NCBI GenBank assembly: GCA_030295235.1
Contig: AP026132.1
Coordinates: 372,001 to 436,000, forward strand
Length of the DNA stretch: 64,000 bases
Reading direction: 5' to 3'
Source: Fistulifera solaris
Taxonomy: Eukaryota
Positions 1 to 12,236 of the stretch are shown here, piece after piece. Under the pieces are notes generated by a model. It was not told the DNA's origin, did not search any database, and was given only the letters and a program-made list of their open reading frames with translations. The position numbers and the translations under genes were made by a program. Every line of letters begins with the position of its first letter. The first letter of the stretch is position 1.

Positions 1-544
1 CCTGTACTGCAAGTGATGATCATTACCGCGCGAAGCGTCTTGTTTGTTACAGTAACATGTTTGCGAGGTACTTAGTTTGCCAAATGGTTTCCCAAGTCAC
101 ATCAATGCCGCAATTAAAGCAATACATTTACGGTGAGCGGTAGAGGACGCTTCCACCTCAGCATTATTGGAGTTGGTGTGACTACCAGGTACGGCTTTCT
201 TTCATGAAAATGTGGGAAGAAACATGGGAGCATGTCGAATGGTTTTTCATGAAGATTGATGTCGCACCGCAAGTTTTGTAGTTATATAAGCAGTACCGCT
301 CAGATATAATCTAACGTTTTTACATAAAATAACAGTGCCGTATCATTCGGGAACATGTACATAAATGAGGCAAGTGATTTGACCGAACGAAGGCAAAAGA
401 GCATTCAATTTGTCGCCGCGAAAGGCAGCACTCGAAGAGCATTACAATGTAAACTTTCATAAGAGGAGTTCACCACAAGAAAGAGAGTTCAAAGAGAAAT
501 ACGTTTATCAGCCGCAGGGTTACAGTAACGCGGGGATATATAAA

Positions 545-3500
545 ATGGACGCGTACCGAAGGTTTCAACGCAAAAAAGAAAAAAGAGAGACTGGCCCAAG
601 AGCGCAGAGAACAACAAGAAAGAGAACAAGAAGAACTTCGGCGGCGAGCAAATGCAAGACTACTAGGCCTCAGTCAAGCGTCTCATTCAGAAGACGAAAA
701 TGATAGCCCGACGAAACACGATAATTCACCGGAACACATCGAGCCCGCAGCACGGCGAACGCAAGAAAACTCCATGCCAGTCGCTCGGCCGGCTGAGAAG
801 CTTTTTCATCAACAGCCATAACGAGCGCCAAACAGGCTGGGATTAGACCTACGTATAGCCAGCTGTCTCAAGTATCATGGTCGTCACCAGCTTCATCAAA
901 AGTCAGAGCCAATCAGCGTCGTGCCGACGAAACCAGTTCGGAGGATGAGGACGATTTTGACCTTCTTGCCTTTTCCAGTGCAGCTCAACCTCCAAAGCCT
1001 GCTGCAAACAAATTCCCTTCCATCTCAAGTCCCCCTTCTCGGCCTTTGCAGGATCATGTCGATTCTCTTAGAGATTCAGAACCTTTTCGTGAACGAAAGT
1101 CACCCCGAAACCCGCACACATTGTCTCTGGCAGCACAATCACCTGTAAAAGCCATTCCGTTGCGATTGACAAACAACAACAACGATGACGACCTTTGGAG
1201 TGACACAGATAACGAAGAAGAACATATAGAGAAAACAAAGGCTGAGAAAGTTACAAAGCCCTTGAAGAAAAAGCCGAAGAAGAGTAGAGCCTACGTAGAG
1301 TACGATCGCGATGCTAGTGAGCCTTTATCAAAAAAGTCGCGGCTCGAAGACGACGATGATGCTGACATTGATCCGACGGAAGAGAAGCCCTTTTTCGAAA
1401 ATCCCAAATTCGGTCCGCTGGAATTTGAGCCTTTTGTTCTGAACCCAGGCAACCTGGGCATCGAGAGCCCGGTCTGTGTACCGGCGACTATCAGTCGTTA
1501 TCTTCCACCTTATCAAAAGAGGGGATCAAGTTCTTGTACGATCGAGCCATCACTAGCGATCATGGGGCTGTTCTTGGAGATGGTAAGTCCTCGCAGTTTC
1601 TCTTCCTTTCTTTCGTTGTAAATTGGATTCACGTTCACTTCATCATTGTGTTCTAAACACCCGTTCAATCGTAGATATGGGTTTAGGGAAAACGGTACAA
1701 GTCATTGGTCTTCTTTCTGCGTTGTTGAAGAAAAAAGGAGACGGAAGTGATCTGATTGAGCTTATACGAAGAGAGAAGGAAGCAAGAAAGAACTTGATCG
1801 CTTTTCAGAACTTCACAGATAAAGCTTTGAACGAAGGCATTATTCCAGTTACGAATTCGACACAAGAGCACCTGCTGCGCCAACAAGCGCTACCTAAGTG
1901 GGCGCCAATATTGATTATCGCTCCAAATTCCGTGCTCAAGAACTGGATCAATGATTTTGCCACATGGGGGCACTTTAGCGTGGTAGAGTACCGTGGAGAG
2001 AATAAAGAGCGAGCGCTGGAAAAGATTCGGGCGGGAAGTGCGGAGATTCTACTTATGGGTCAATCGATTATGAATTACGAGGAGGCCGCGAAACCAATTA
2101 TAGAACCGAAAGGAGATGTTCGCTGGAAACTTATAGTAGTCGACGAATTCCATCAATTCAAAAATTTCAAAGCAACGATGTCGAAGAATCTTCGCAACTT
2201 AAGAAATGCTCATACTCGGAATCTTATTGGCCTCACTGGAACTCTGATGCAAAATGAGCATTCAGAGCTATGGTAAGTAGTGCTGCAATTTATCCTATTC
2301 AGAGCGTTTTGAATCTAATCGCAATTACTGTTTTAGGAACTTGGTCGATATTGTTTATAAAGATTTCCTCGGTACACGCAAAGAGTTTGGTAAAAAGTTT
2401 GGCAACCCAATTAAATATGCAATGTGAGTATTGACCACTTCGTCGTCGTCGGAGAGAATTTAACTCACGTACGCGTCGCCTTTCGTCCCTGCAGGGCTAG
2501 AAAATCCACGCCATCTGCCCGTAAACTTTCGGAAGAGAAGCAACTAGAGCTGTCAAACAAGATGCAAACGCTATACAAACGTAGATTGAAAGATCAAATT
2601 TTGAAAGACTTGTTACCTATGAAAGATGAAAGGGTTGTATTTTGCGAGCCTTCAGATTTACAGATAGCGCTTTACAAACGCTTGATCAAGCTTCCCGATT
2701 TTGATTATCTCCGGAAAGCCAACTTACCGTGCGAATGTGGCGTAAACGAGAGGTTCTTTCGTGAATATCGGCGCCTTACTACTCTTGATGAAAAGCTTGC
2801 GTATCAGAGAAAAAACAGAGATGAAATAATCCCCCGCAAGAAATGCTGTTTTACAGCTCCGACCGCGGAAGATCTTCCAATGGCAGTAATATGGCGACAG
2901 AATCACGAAGGCAATGAACCATGCGAGAAGTGCCCTTACTGTATTTGTCTCCCGGCCCTCACAGTTCTCAACAAACTGAGTTCGCATGTTTCTTTGCTTC
3001 AAGCTGAGGTATCCTTGGACCAAATCAATAAACAGAGAGATCCTAAACCATATAAGGAAGCAAAGAAGGCCATAGATCTAGCTGAAATGTGTCTCCCGGA
3101 CGATTTACTTCATGAACTTCCTGGCGCGTCACGTATCAAAAGAAACGGCCTAATGAATGACCACTTTAAACTGTCAGGTAAAATGAGAGTGCTGAAGAAG
3201 CTGCTTGAAGCGATTTACTCGCAAGGAGGAAGAGTACTTTTGTTTTCGAGCTCAACACAAATGCTCGATCTAATCGAAGATTTTTGAGGTCTGAAGCAAG
3301 GTATTGTCACCTTCGCATGGATGGGTCAACAGATACCACGAGCCGGAATGCTATCGTAGACAAATTTAAAAGTGACCCGAATCAATTTCTCTTCTTGCTT
3401 TCGACGAAAGCAATGGGGTTGGATTGAATCTGACCGAAGCGTCGTTCGTTATCATTTTTGATGTTGAATGGTAAGTTGGCCTTTTTCGTATCCATTCCAT

Positions 3501-4583
3501 GTTGGTTCAAAAATACTCATCAAATGATTGCTTCTTATTTGCGCAGGAATCCAGCCTGGGATTCTCAGGCTCAGGTAGGTTGATGGGTCACATGCCATGT
3601 CATTTGAACTGCGCCAGGTCATGGAAGCTAATGTTTGTTCTTTTCGTGTCCAGGACCGAGCTTACAGGATCGGGCAACAAAAAAATGTAAAAGTCTTTCG
3701 TCTGATTACCAGAGGTACAATCGAGGAACTCAAATACCTCCGCCAGGTGTACAAGCAGCAGCTCACGAACGCCACAATACCTGATGTTCAATCTGATCCA
3801 GGATCTGCGAGGTTGTTTGATGGCGTGGCAAAGGACAAATTTCGACGCGGCGAGCTGTTTGGTATAGCAAACTTATTGAAGTTTGAAGAGCGTACTTTTA
3901 TGAATTATGCCACAAAGATCGACAACAAAGAGGCGAAGAAATACGAGAAACTCAAAAACGATATCCGCAGTCTTGAAGATGTTCAAAGTACACTGATGAT
4001 CCGAAGTGAGGAGGCGGAGAGTCTTTTACTGGATGAAGAGAATATGTTTCCTAGCTTGGCGACGAAGAGAGGTACGACACTAGTAGATTCAAAGTGATGG
4101 ATTGGTATGTAGACTAACGGCCGTTTGGTAGCTTGTACAGAGAACAGCACTGAATCGGCAGACGAAAGTGATGATGAAGGTATCCTTGGCGGAGAAAGTC
4201 AGTTACTGCTAGACATTTCTAACGAGATGCCAGAAGATAGCAGCGACGAATCCGATACTCACGACAAAGATAATGCAAAAGAGACGGACGATGATTCTGT
4301 TTCTGTTGTTGATAATCTCATTGCGGAAACAAGAGTCGTTTCGAACGCTAAATCGACGACCTTAAACGACCAGGCAAGCTCAAGGGACGATGGGCCTAGC
4401 GGGTTGAACAACAGCAACAGAAAGAGAAAGGTGGCATCTACCAGCATCGATATGAGATCTTCGGGGAACTATTCAATAGTTGGACTGTCTGTTCAGAATC
4501 TTGTACAATATAGTTCTCGCACAAGCTTTGGCATGTCTGACTTTGCAATCCCCAACAGTCGAGGAGATTCTACCCGCAAATGA
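545..4583 (+). CDS. SNF2-family helicase, ERCC6L2/RAD26L/plant SWITCH2-like (multi-exon, apparent frameshifts)
   Basis: Spliced motifs GDDMGLGKT (intron 1583-1674), VVDEFH, GLTGTLMQN, SGKMRVL, MGVGLNL (needs +1 G near 3415) and WNPAWDSQAQDRAYRIGQ (28-nt micro-exon between introns ~3471-3546 and ~3575-3653). Has the Cys-rich insert CECG...CC...CEKCPYC typical of ERCC6L2/SWITCH2. Start and last exon are approximate. Confidence 0.88.
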
Positions 4584-4877
4584 AGCGCTGTTTAGAGTAT
4601 AGTTGCGAGTTTTCCAGTTCCTACACAGTCGTGCGTCACACGACTAAGCACATTATTTCAGATAAGCTAGCTTTGCTCTTCTTGATTCCGTTTAAAGTAG
4701 GCAGTGTCTAGCTAGGGGATGATTCAAAACACAAGCAAATTCAAATGAGAAGTACCTAGAGCTTTTTGGGTAGAAGTATGTAATTGACACCCGCATCAGC
4801 AGTGACAGAGTTGTATCTTCTAGAGTATAGCGTACATGAATCTTCAAAGAACAAGTTCTGGAGGACAAATGAGCAAA

Positions 4878-5338
4878 CTACACAGAATCATCGGTCCCCA
4901 TTCCAGTTCGTCCCGTTTTATCGGGCTTGTCGCCTCTGACTGCGTCCCGATACTTTCCCAAATACACCCTCAGTGGCTCCACGTATTTATCGAAACCCAA
5001 GGTCGACATAGCCCACAACAGATCATCGCCATTGATCGTCTTTCGTTTCTCCTGTAAACACTTATCACTGGCTTCTGACGTGATGAACGAAATAAATTCC
5101 GAAACACATTCCTGTACCGTCTCCTTGGAATCTTTCGCAATTTTCGCATTCTCCGGGAGCGTGTTTTTCATAATCCGCGCGATATTGGCAATAGGTAAAT
5201 AGCGATCCTATTCACGGAATGAGATACAAAAGTCAAAGAAAGGATAACATCGAACAGCGGAGTACTCACCTGTTCTCGAATCTCCTCGAACTCGTCGCCA
5301 AGTTGGCCGCGTCCTGTATCCATGTCACTCGCTGACAT
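4878..5338 (-). CDS. NF-YB: Nuclear transcription factor Y subunit B (CBF-A/HAP3 histone fold)
   Basis: Exon 1 [27 protein letters not shown] intron 5208-5269, exon 2 [50 protein letters not shown]...[14 protein letters not shown]. Confidence 0.96.
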
Positions 5339-5737
5339 TCTTTCAATGGCTTCTTATAAAACTAATCTTACTATTCTAGAGAGGTAATGAATGCCTATTC
5401 TCTCCAATTGGTTGACGTCGGTTGACGATTTCGAACAAATACGACATTTTGACAGCAGCGCGCGACAAAGAAAAAGCGGACGACGGAGCGATTGGATGCA
5501 GATCTTTGCGGTCTGTCAAACGCTGCACAGTGTCGATGACGTACAAGTACTAAAAGCATTAAATACAGATTTTCTTTGGGTACAGTCTGGATCTATGTTC
5601 CTTTGTTGCTTCCAACGCCATCCGACACGCTAAGGTCAAGTACTTTCAAGCAACCCCTTTTCATCATAAGTTAGCTCCTCATCGCGCAACAAGCATCAGC
5701 ATCATAGAGACGCATAAGCATTCTTATTCCTGGACCC

Positions 5738-7932
5738 ATGACATCTCCCCTTGCTGCCCCCGAAGCTGTAATAGCCGCTTCAAGTGAGAGCAATGACAAG
5801 ACGAAAAATCTTTGCCCATCCGAAAGCAAAAATATTGATCATTCGAATGTTTTAGAGGCCACAGAGAGGAGATCGGGAAGAAAACGAAAAACAAACAATG
5901 CAGATTCTGATCCAAAACCAAAGAAACAGGCAAAGAAAGAAAAAGGAGTGGAGGAAGATTTGGATATGACGTGGATCTGCGCGGAATGCCGAGAAGCCGA
6001 GTGCCTCATGCATCCCGAAGCCGATGAACTACTTGTATGTGAAGGCTCTTGTGTACGCGTGTTTCATTATCCCTGCGCTGGACTGTTGAAAATGCCCGCG
6101 AAGGACGAAACTTATGTGTGTAAAGACTGCACGGAAAAGAGACACGCTTGTTCCATCTGCAAAGAGTATGGAGTAGATGAAGAAGATGTTTACAAGTGCT
6201 CCAAGCCAAAGTGTGGACTCTTTTTCCACGAGTCTTGCCTGAGTATGCATAATGTGGACGTTAGTTACATTCCAGTAGCCTCGGCCTCTGCGAGCGCATC
6301 GCCCATATCGACTCTCGAAGCCCCGTCCGATCGATCGAAGCCGATTTTTACCTGCCCTGCCCACAACTGTTGGACTTGTACACAACTAGAATTGAAGAAG
6401 GAGGAAGAAGATGAAGCAAAAGAAGCTGCTTTGCAGAAAGGCGGTAAAACGAAAGGAAAGAAAAAGAGCAAAGCTTTGCCTGGCTTCTTCTGCAGCAAGA
6501 AAGAATCAACGCTCGTTGTGAGTAACATTTGTCCTTCAAATGGAGTGTTCTTCTTCTCTGATGACTCACTCTATGCGTTCTTAAACAGCGCTGTCTCGAG
6601 TGTCCCATATCGTACCATATCAGTTGTATCCCGCTGTCGGCAAAGTTTCACGAGCTCGCCACTCTTTGTCACGAGCACTCTGCACATGCAAAGCTACCAG
6701 AATTGGATTTGGAGAATAGCTTTCAGCAACAGGTTGAGAGCAAGGCAGACAAATATTTGGCACAAAGTAATGCAAATGCAGCAAGTAGGAAGCTGCGGAA
6801 TACGAACAACAAGAATCCATGCTTTCCTTTCTCTGGTGGAGACTTATCGAAAAATGAAGAGAAGATGTTACATATACTCACACCTGAAGCGGATATATCG
6901 GGAATGGACGCAGCTTCTTTGTTGTCGACATTCTGTTTGCCGTGTACAATGCGCGATGAGGTACATTCGAAGCCTCCCCATTACAAACACGTTCATTCCC
7001 TGCAATACGATCCGAAAAACAAACCACCTCGAATACCCGACTCCGGTGGCCAGTGTGATTGCTCCGATAGTTGCGGTGAAAACTGCTACAACCGTTTGGT
7101 TTTCACAGAGTGTTATGGTGACAGCAACAAGAACTCAAAGAGTAATTGTTCGGTTGGAGCCAACTGTGGTAACCGCTCGATATCCCAGCGGAAATTCATC
7201 AAGTGTAAACCGCAACGTGAACAGGGGGAAGGGATGGGGACTTGTGACTCTCGAAAAAGTTCGTCAGGGACAGCTTGTGATCGAGTACGTTGGCGAGGTA
7301 ATCAGTAAGACCATGAAAGAGAAACGACTTCAAGAATGGGCAAGGGAGCACCCGAACGATCCCAATTTTTACATCATGGCGCTAAGTCCGGGGTGGTTCA
7401 TAGACGCACGAGAAACAGCGAATCTTTCTCGGTTTATCAATCATTCTTGCGATCCTAATTGCATCATTCATCCCATCAACGTTGGCGGACAAATGCGGAA
7501 CGCTATTGTGGCGCTCCGAGAAATCGCACGCGGTGAGTTTTTAAGCTACGATTATCATTTCGACACGCAACAAGGAGATCGATTTGTATGTCGATGCGGA
7601 GCCAAGAACTGCCGAGGAACGATGAAGCAAACCGGTGGCAAGGGCGGGAATGGAAAGCAAGTTTTAAAGAGCGCCAGTGATATGTGGGAGGATGCAAAAG
7701 TCAATTCGAGAAAGACAAGAAGTTTTTGGAAGACTTTGCTCTTGACGAACAAACGAGAAGATTGGCGGTACGAGAAGTAGTTCCGGGTAGTGAAGGCAAA
7801 GACGAGCTCATTGCTTACGGACCACAGCCGCGTAACCGCAACTCTGTGATTCGTAATGGAATTTTCCTCTGGCGAAATGCCGTACAAGGATCTAGATTTG
7901 ATCGAAGAATCGCTCGGCTTTCACGAAAGTAA
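5738..7932 (+). CDS. PHD-finger + AWS/SET/post-SET histone lysine methyltransferase (NSD/ASH1/SET2-like, probable H3K36)
   Basis: Tandem Cys/His PHD-like fingers, intron ~6518-6588, AWS-like CDCSDSCGENCYNR, SET motifs GKGWGL, EYVGEV, RFINHSCDPNC and YDY, post-SET CRCGAKNCRG. Frame changes near 7225 and 7700. Confidence 0.88.
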
Positions 7933-8024
7933 AGGATCTCACAATCAATAATTTGAGTCACTATAGAAAATTAATCATGTACTTAATCGTAGCCACAAAC
8001 AATAATACCTTGATGGGCTGAGAA

Positions 8025-9033
8025 TCAGTCCGAATCGGAATCCAAGCCCAGTGCCGCGAATCGGTTGATAACAGCTGCTGGTTTCTGCGGTTTCTCGACG
8101 ACTTTCTCGGGACGCGGAGCGGGGCAGTGGTCTTTTGTCCTCCTTGCCTTTCTTATCCGCACCAGTTTGCGCTTCTCGTCTACCTCGTCCAGCCCCATCA
8201 CCGCGCCCTCTATCCTCGCGGCCATTGCGACGACCGTTGGATCTACCACCACGGCCGCCCGAGTTGTATGGTTTCTTTTCCGCATCACGTCGTGATTGCC
8301 AAGTTCCTTCTTCACGTGGTCGTCCACCACCAAAAAGGCTTCCCCTATCTGAACCGGTCGTTTCTTCGAGTGGCTTCGTTCGGGGCTGTAACTTGAGAGC
8401 GGAGCGCTCGCGCGGTGGCTCATCGTCTTTTTCTTGCTTTGGAGGAGGCTGCCGACGGCCCTTGTCGTGGTTCGCGTACCGTCCACCGCGGAATTTGGAG
8501 CCGTCCACCTGTGATGATTCATTTCGGTGCGGACGTCCACCCGACAAATTCGCTGTATCAAGTTGTATGTTTCTTCCGGCAATTTGTCCTCCACCGAGAC
8601 CTTCGACAACGGCTTTGAGTTGCTCCAAGGTTTCCAAATCGACGTATCCGAAACCGCGATGGGGTTTTTGAGTGCCTGCTTCATTGTTGTTTCGATGGTT
8701 GCGATAATTGTTTACGCGTGAAAGACGAGGATTGGTAACCTTCACCTCCATGTTCAGCATTTCCTTGGCTAATTTGGTGACTTCGTCCGCTAGCTTCTCC
8801 GGTTCATCCACGCTGTACGCTAGGTTTCCAATGTATGCCGTGAAAGGCGCAGCTTCGGGCCATTGAAACGTTTTCGGAGGCTTGGGAGCAGCGTCCTTGG
8901 GGTTTTCGTCGTGTTGCACAAAGTCCGCATCCATTTGCCCCGGAGCTTCGTCCTCGGCGACAGAAGAAACTTCATCAGGTCCATCCATGTGGTCTTCATC
9001 GTCGGAAGAGCAGTGATCTGCCCAGTTCTTCAT
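8025..9033 (-). CDS. RRM RNA-binding protein, eIF4B/eIF4H-like
   Basis: N-terminal WAD motif, RRM with PFTAYIGNL and RGFGYV, LKLQPRTKP...SLFGGGRPRE motif, RGG-rich region. The C-terminal NRFAALGLDSDSD is reached after a frameshift near 8120. Confidence 0.75.
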
Positions 9034-9571
9034 GATTTAGAGTAAATTGTAAGCGTACTACCTTAATTATCAACTGAAAAGTAGATTTTATCTGTTCTTT
9101 CTAATGTGGATCTTCCCCTTTTTCGATCAAGGCTTGTGAGATTTTGGATGCAGTTGCAGCAGCGAATGATGAATAATAGCGAGGCGACGAGAGAGACGCG
9201 GCGGTGCGATCGGGGACGATGAAGGGATGGCAGGGAAAGACACACGAGAAAAATGAGCGCGTCCCTCACCGACGACGGACACACACTTTCAACTTTCAAC
9301 TCTATCTCGAATGAAGAATGAAGAATCTAGTCATCTCAACGATGAGCGCTCGTACGTCATCCGTTAATGATCAGAACTAATGCTGACGATGACAGACGGC
9401 TTTTAACTCCTGACTGACTTGAAATTTGTGACTGCACCGACAAAAGCCAAAACACAACAATTTCACACCACAGCAGCTTGTCATGAAATAATAATGATGG
9501 CTTTAATACTATTAACACAAAGATTCCCGGTAGGCTGAGTTGCGAACATAGGAATAATAACGGATTTCACC

Positions 9572-10967
9572 ATGCCGCGGATCGCCATGGTCTGCGACTT
9601 CTTTTATCCTCGTATCGGAGGTGTCGAAAATCACATCTACAGTTTATCGCAAAATCTGATTCGGCTTGGTCACAAAGTTATTATTGTTACCCATGCATAC
9701 GGTAATCGCAAGGGCGTGCGTTACCTTCCAGGTCCCTTGAAAGTATATTACTGCCCGATACTTCCCATGACGGACCAGGATGTCATGCCTACATTTCTCG
9801 CGACATTTCCTCTTCTGCGACACATATTTATCCGCGAACGCATCGATATTGTTCACGCACATCAAGCAACTAGCACAATGGCAAACGAAAGCATTGTTTA
9901 CGCAGCAGCATTAGGAGTTGCTAGTGTCTACACCGATCACTCTTTGTTTGGATTTGATGATTTGGCTTCCACCATATTGAACCGAGTGTTGCAAACGACG
10001 CTGTCGACGGTAGATGCCGCGATAGGCGTTTCTCATGTCTGCCGCGACAATTTAATTCTACGAGCTCGACTAGACCCAAATCGTGTTTTCGTCATTCCCA
10101 ACGCCGTCGATCCCTCCAAATTCTCACCCGATCCTTCCCAACGGCGACGTGACCGGTACGTTTTGTTTGACAAGAACTGTATCAACAACTGCATCTTTTC
10201 GCTTCTCACACTTACATTATACCTCCTGTTTACAAAGAGTTACCATTGTCGTTATCTCGAGACTGGTGTATCGAAAAGGCATCGATTTGCTGGTAGGGAT
10301 CATTCCCAAGGTGTGTCGTGAGTTGAAACACGTTCATTTTCTGGTGGGCGGTGATGGTCCGAAGTTGCTGGATTTGCAAGAAATGGTGGAACGCGAACGT
10401 CTTCAGGAGCGAGTCGAGTTTTTGGGATCCGTCCCACACGCGAATGTTCGCAATGTTTTGGTGCGGGGAGACATATTCTTGAACTGCTCCTTGACGGAAT
10501 CCTTTTGTATAGCTATTTTAGAGGCCGCTTGCTGCGGTTTACTGGTGGTCTCCACCAATGTGGGAGGAGTCCCAGAAGTTCTTCCGGTCGATATGATCAT
10601 GTTGTCCAATCCCACCGTAGTAAGCATGGTGAATTGTGTTCGAAAGGCGGTACAAGTGGATCGGACCGATGCCGTGGCGTACGAACAACATCAAAGAATA
10701 AGGGACGTTTATTCGTGGGAACGAGTGGCCGAAGAAACAATATTAGTCTATGAGAAAGTTCTTTGCCAACCCCGACGAGGGTTTTTGGAGCGCATGAGCT
10801 GTTATCAGTCACTGAATGGTATTACTGGCTTTGTTGTCTGTTGTCTTGCGTTAATCGTCGAAGCTTGGGTGCGAATCGTCGAAAGGTGGCAGCCGTTTCA
10901 CCAAATCGACAAGGTCCCTGATTTAAATACACGAATACAAAGCAATGGAGTTCAGCATTTGAACTGA
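9572..10967 (+). CDS. PIGA: GPI-GlcNAc transferase catalytic subunit (PIG-A/GPI3)
   Basis: MVCDFFYPRIGGVENHIY, HAYGNRKGVRYL, YTDHSLFG, IPNAVD, SRLVYRKGIDLL and LNCSLTESFCIAILEAA. One intron ~10156-10237. Confidence 0.95.
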
Positions 10968-11026
10968 ATTTTGGTAATAAAATAACGATGTTTGCTATCA
11001 TTTAAGTTCTTAGTTGAGTTAATGTT

Positions 11027-11829
11027 TTATTCATACACCCAAGCATCGATGGTCTTGCCCCAGTCGTTGACACCTTCGGGGAACCACATTTTGAGTTCGT
11101 GCTCCGCGCCTTCGGGCGAATCACTGCCGTGACAAATGTTACGACCCAGATCGATAGAATAGTCTCCGCGAATGCTACCCGGCTTGGATGCCAATGGTTG
11201 CGTCTCGCCAAGCATTTGACGACCTTGTCGGATCACGTCCTTACCTTCCCAGCACATGCAAACAATGGGACCCGAACTGAAGAATTCGACGAGACCGGGG
11301 AAGAAGGGTTTCTTGGCCAAGTCCTTGTAGTGAGTCTCGGCCATTTCTTTCGTGGGCCAGACCATTTTTAAGCCGACAAGTTTGTATCCTATTTTTGATG
11401 TTAGTGTGAGTAAAGTGAGCGTTCATAAAACTTCTACCTTAAACAACTTACCGCGAGTCTCGAAGCGAGCAATAATGGCTCCGACCAATCCTCGTTGCAC
11501 AGCATCCGGTTTGCACGCAATGAACGTTCGTTCTTGGTTGGTGCCGGGCACTCCATAAACAGGAATCGGTTCGGCACAGTTTGTGGAAGCGAAACCGATC
11601 GTGGAGGTTGCTACTACTAAACCAGTAGCCATCGCCAGTGAAGCTTTGGGCACCGCCAAGCGAGCTGCAACCGTCTGATTTGACAAAATATGTATATGTG
11701 AGGCAAACTGCTCATGAAACGACAAGGCGAAAACCGACCACGAAGTACACGTACCGACACGGATCGGATGGAGTTGGCAGCGATTCTGGAGCGAGCGGTG
11801 GATAGTCGGGAAGCAGCGCGGGAAAACAT
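11027..11829 (-). CDS. NDK: Nucleoside diphosphate kinase, mitochondrial-type
   Basis: [39 protein letters not shown] and [10 protein letters not shown] (catalytic His). Arg/Ser-rich presequence [15 protein letters not shown] followed by a hydrophobic stretch. Two introns. Confidence 0.95.
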
Positions 11830-12236
11830 GTTAAATGGTTCAAGGGAATAGGTAGATTCGTCGTCTCACAACAGCGGAATAATGAAAGGATCGCCAATTT
11901 TCGTTTTGGTTGGGAAAGATCGAAAGTGATGGAAGGCTGAAAATCGTCATCAATTTTACGTCATCAACGGGTCAATCTTTGTCTTCGTTTGACTGTCTGT
12001 GACCATGACGTACTTTTTGTATACCCGTACGACGTGCAGATGTACATTATAATATCACGGAGCGTCTGTCGTCCGCAGCGTAAGCTTTATCTCTAATGAT
12101 GGGCGGATGAAGCGATGCGATCTAAATCTAACTCTCGATCGATAAGGTTTTAGCACGCATGCAAACTTCTTATTGTGTCCCTTGATATCGATCACTATTC
12201 TTGTTGTTATTATTACTCATTACAACGATTTCCCAA

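Noticed and set aside
3285..3287. TGA within the SNF2 helicase as possible Sec or readthrough
   Set aside because: Downstream homology is in another frame. Adding one T to the preceding run restores DFLRSEARY.
8025..8684. 219-aa overlapping ORF suggesting dual coding in the RRM gene
   Set aside because: Only its last ~30 codons look like the true C-terminus, which a single indel explains.
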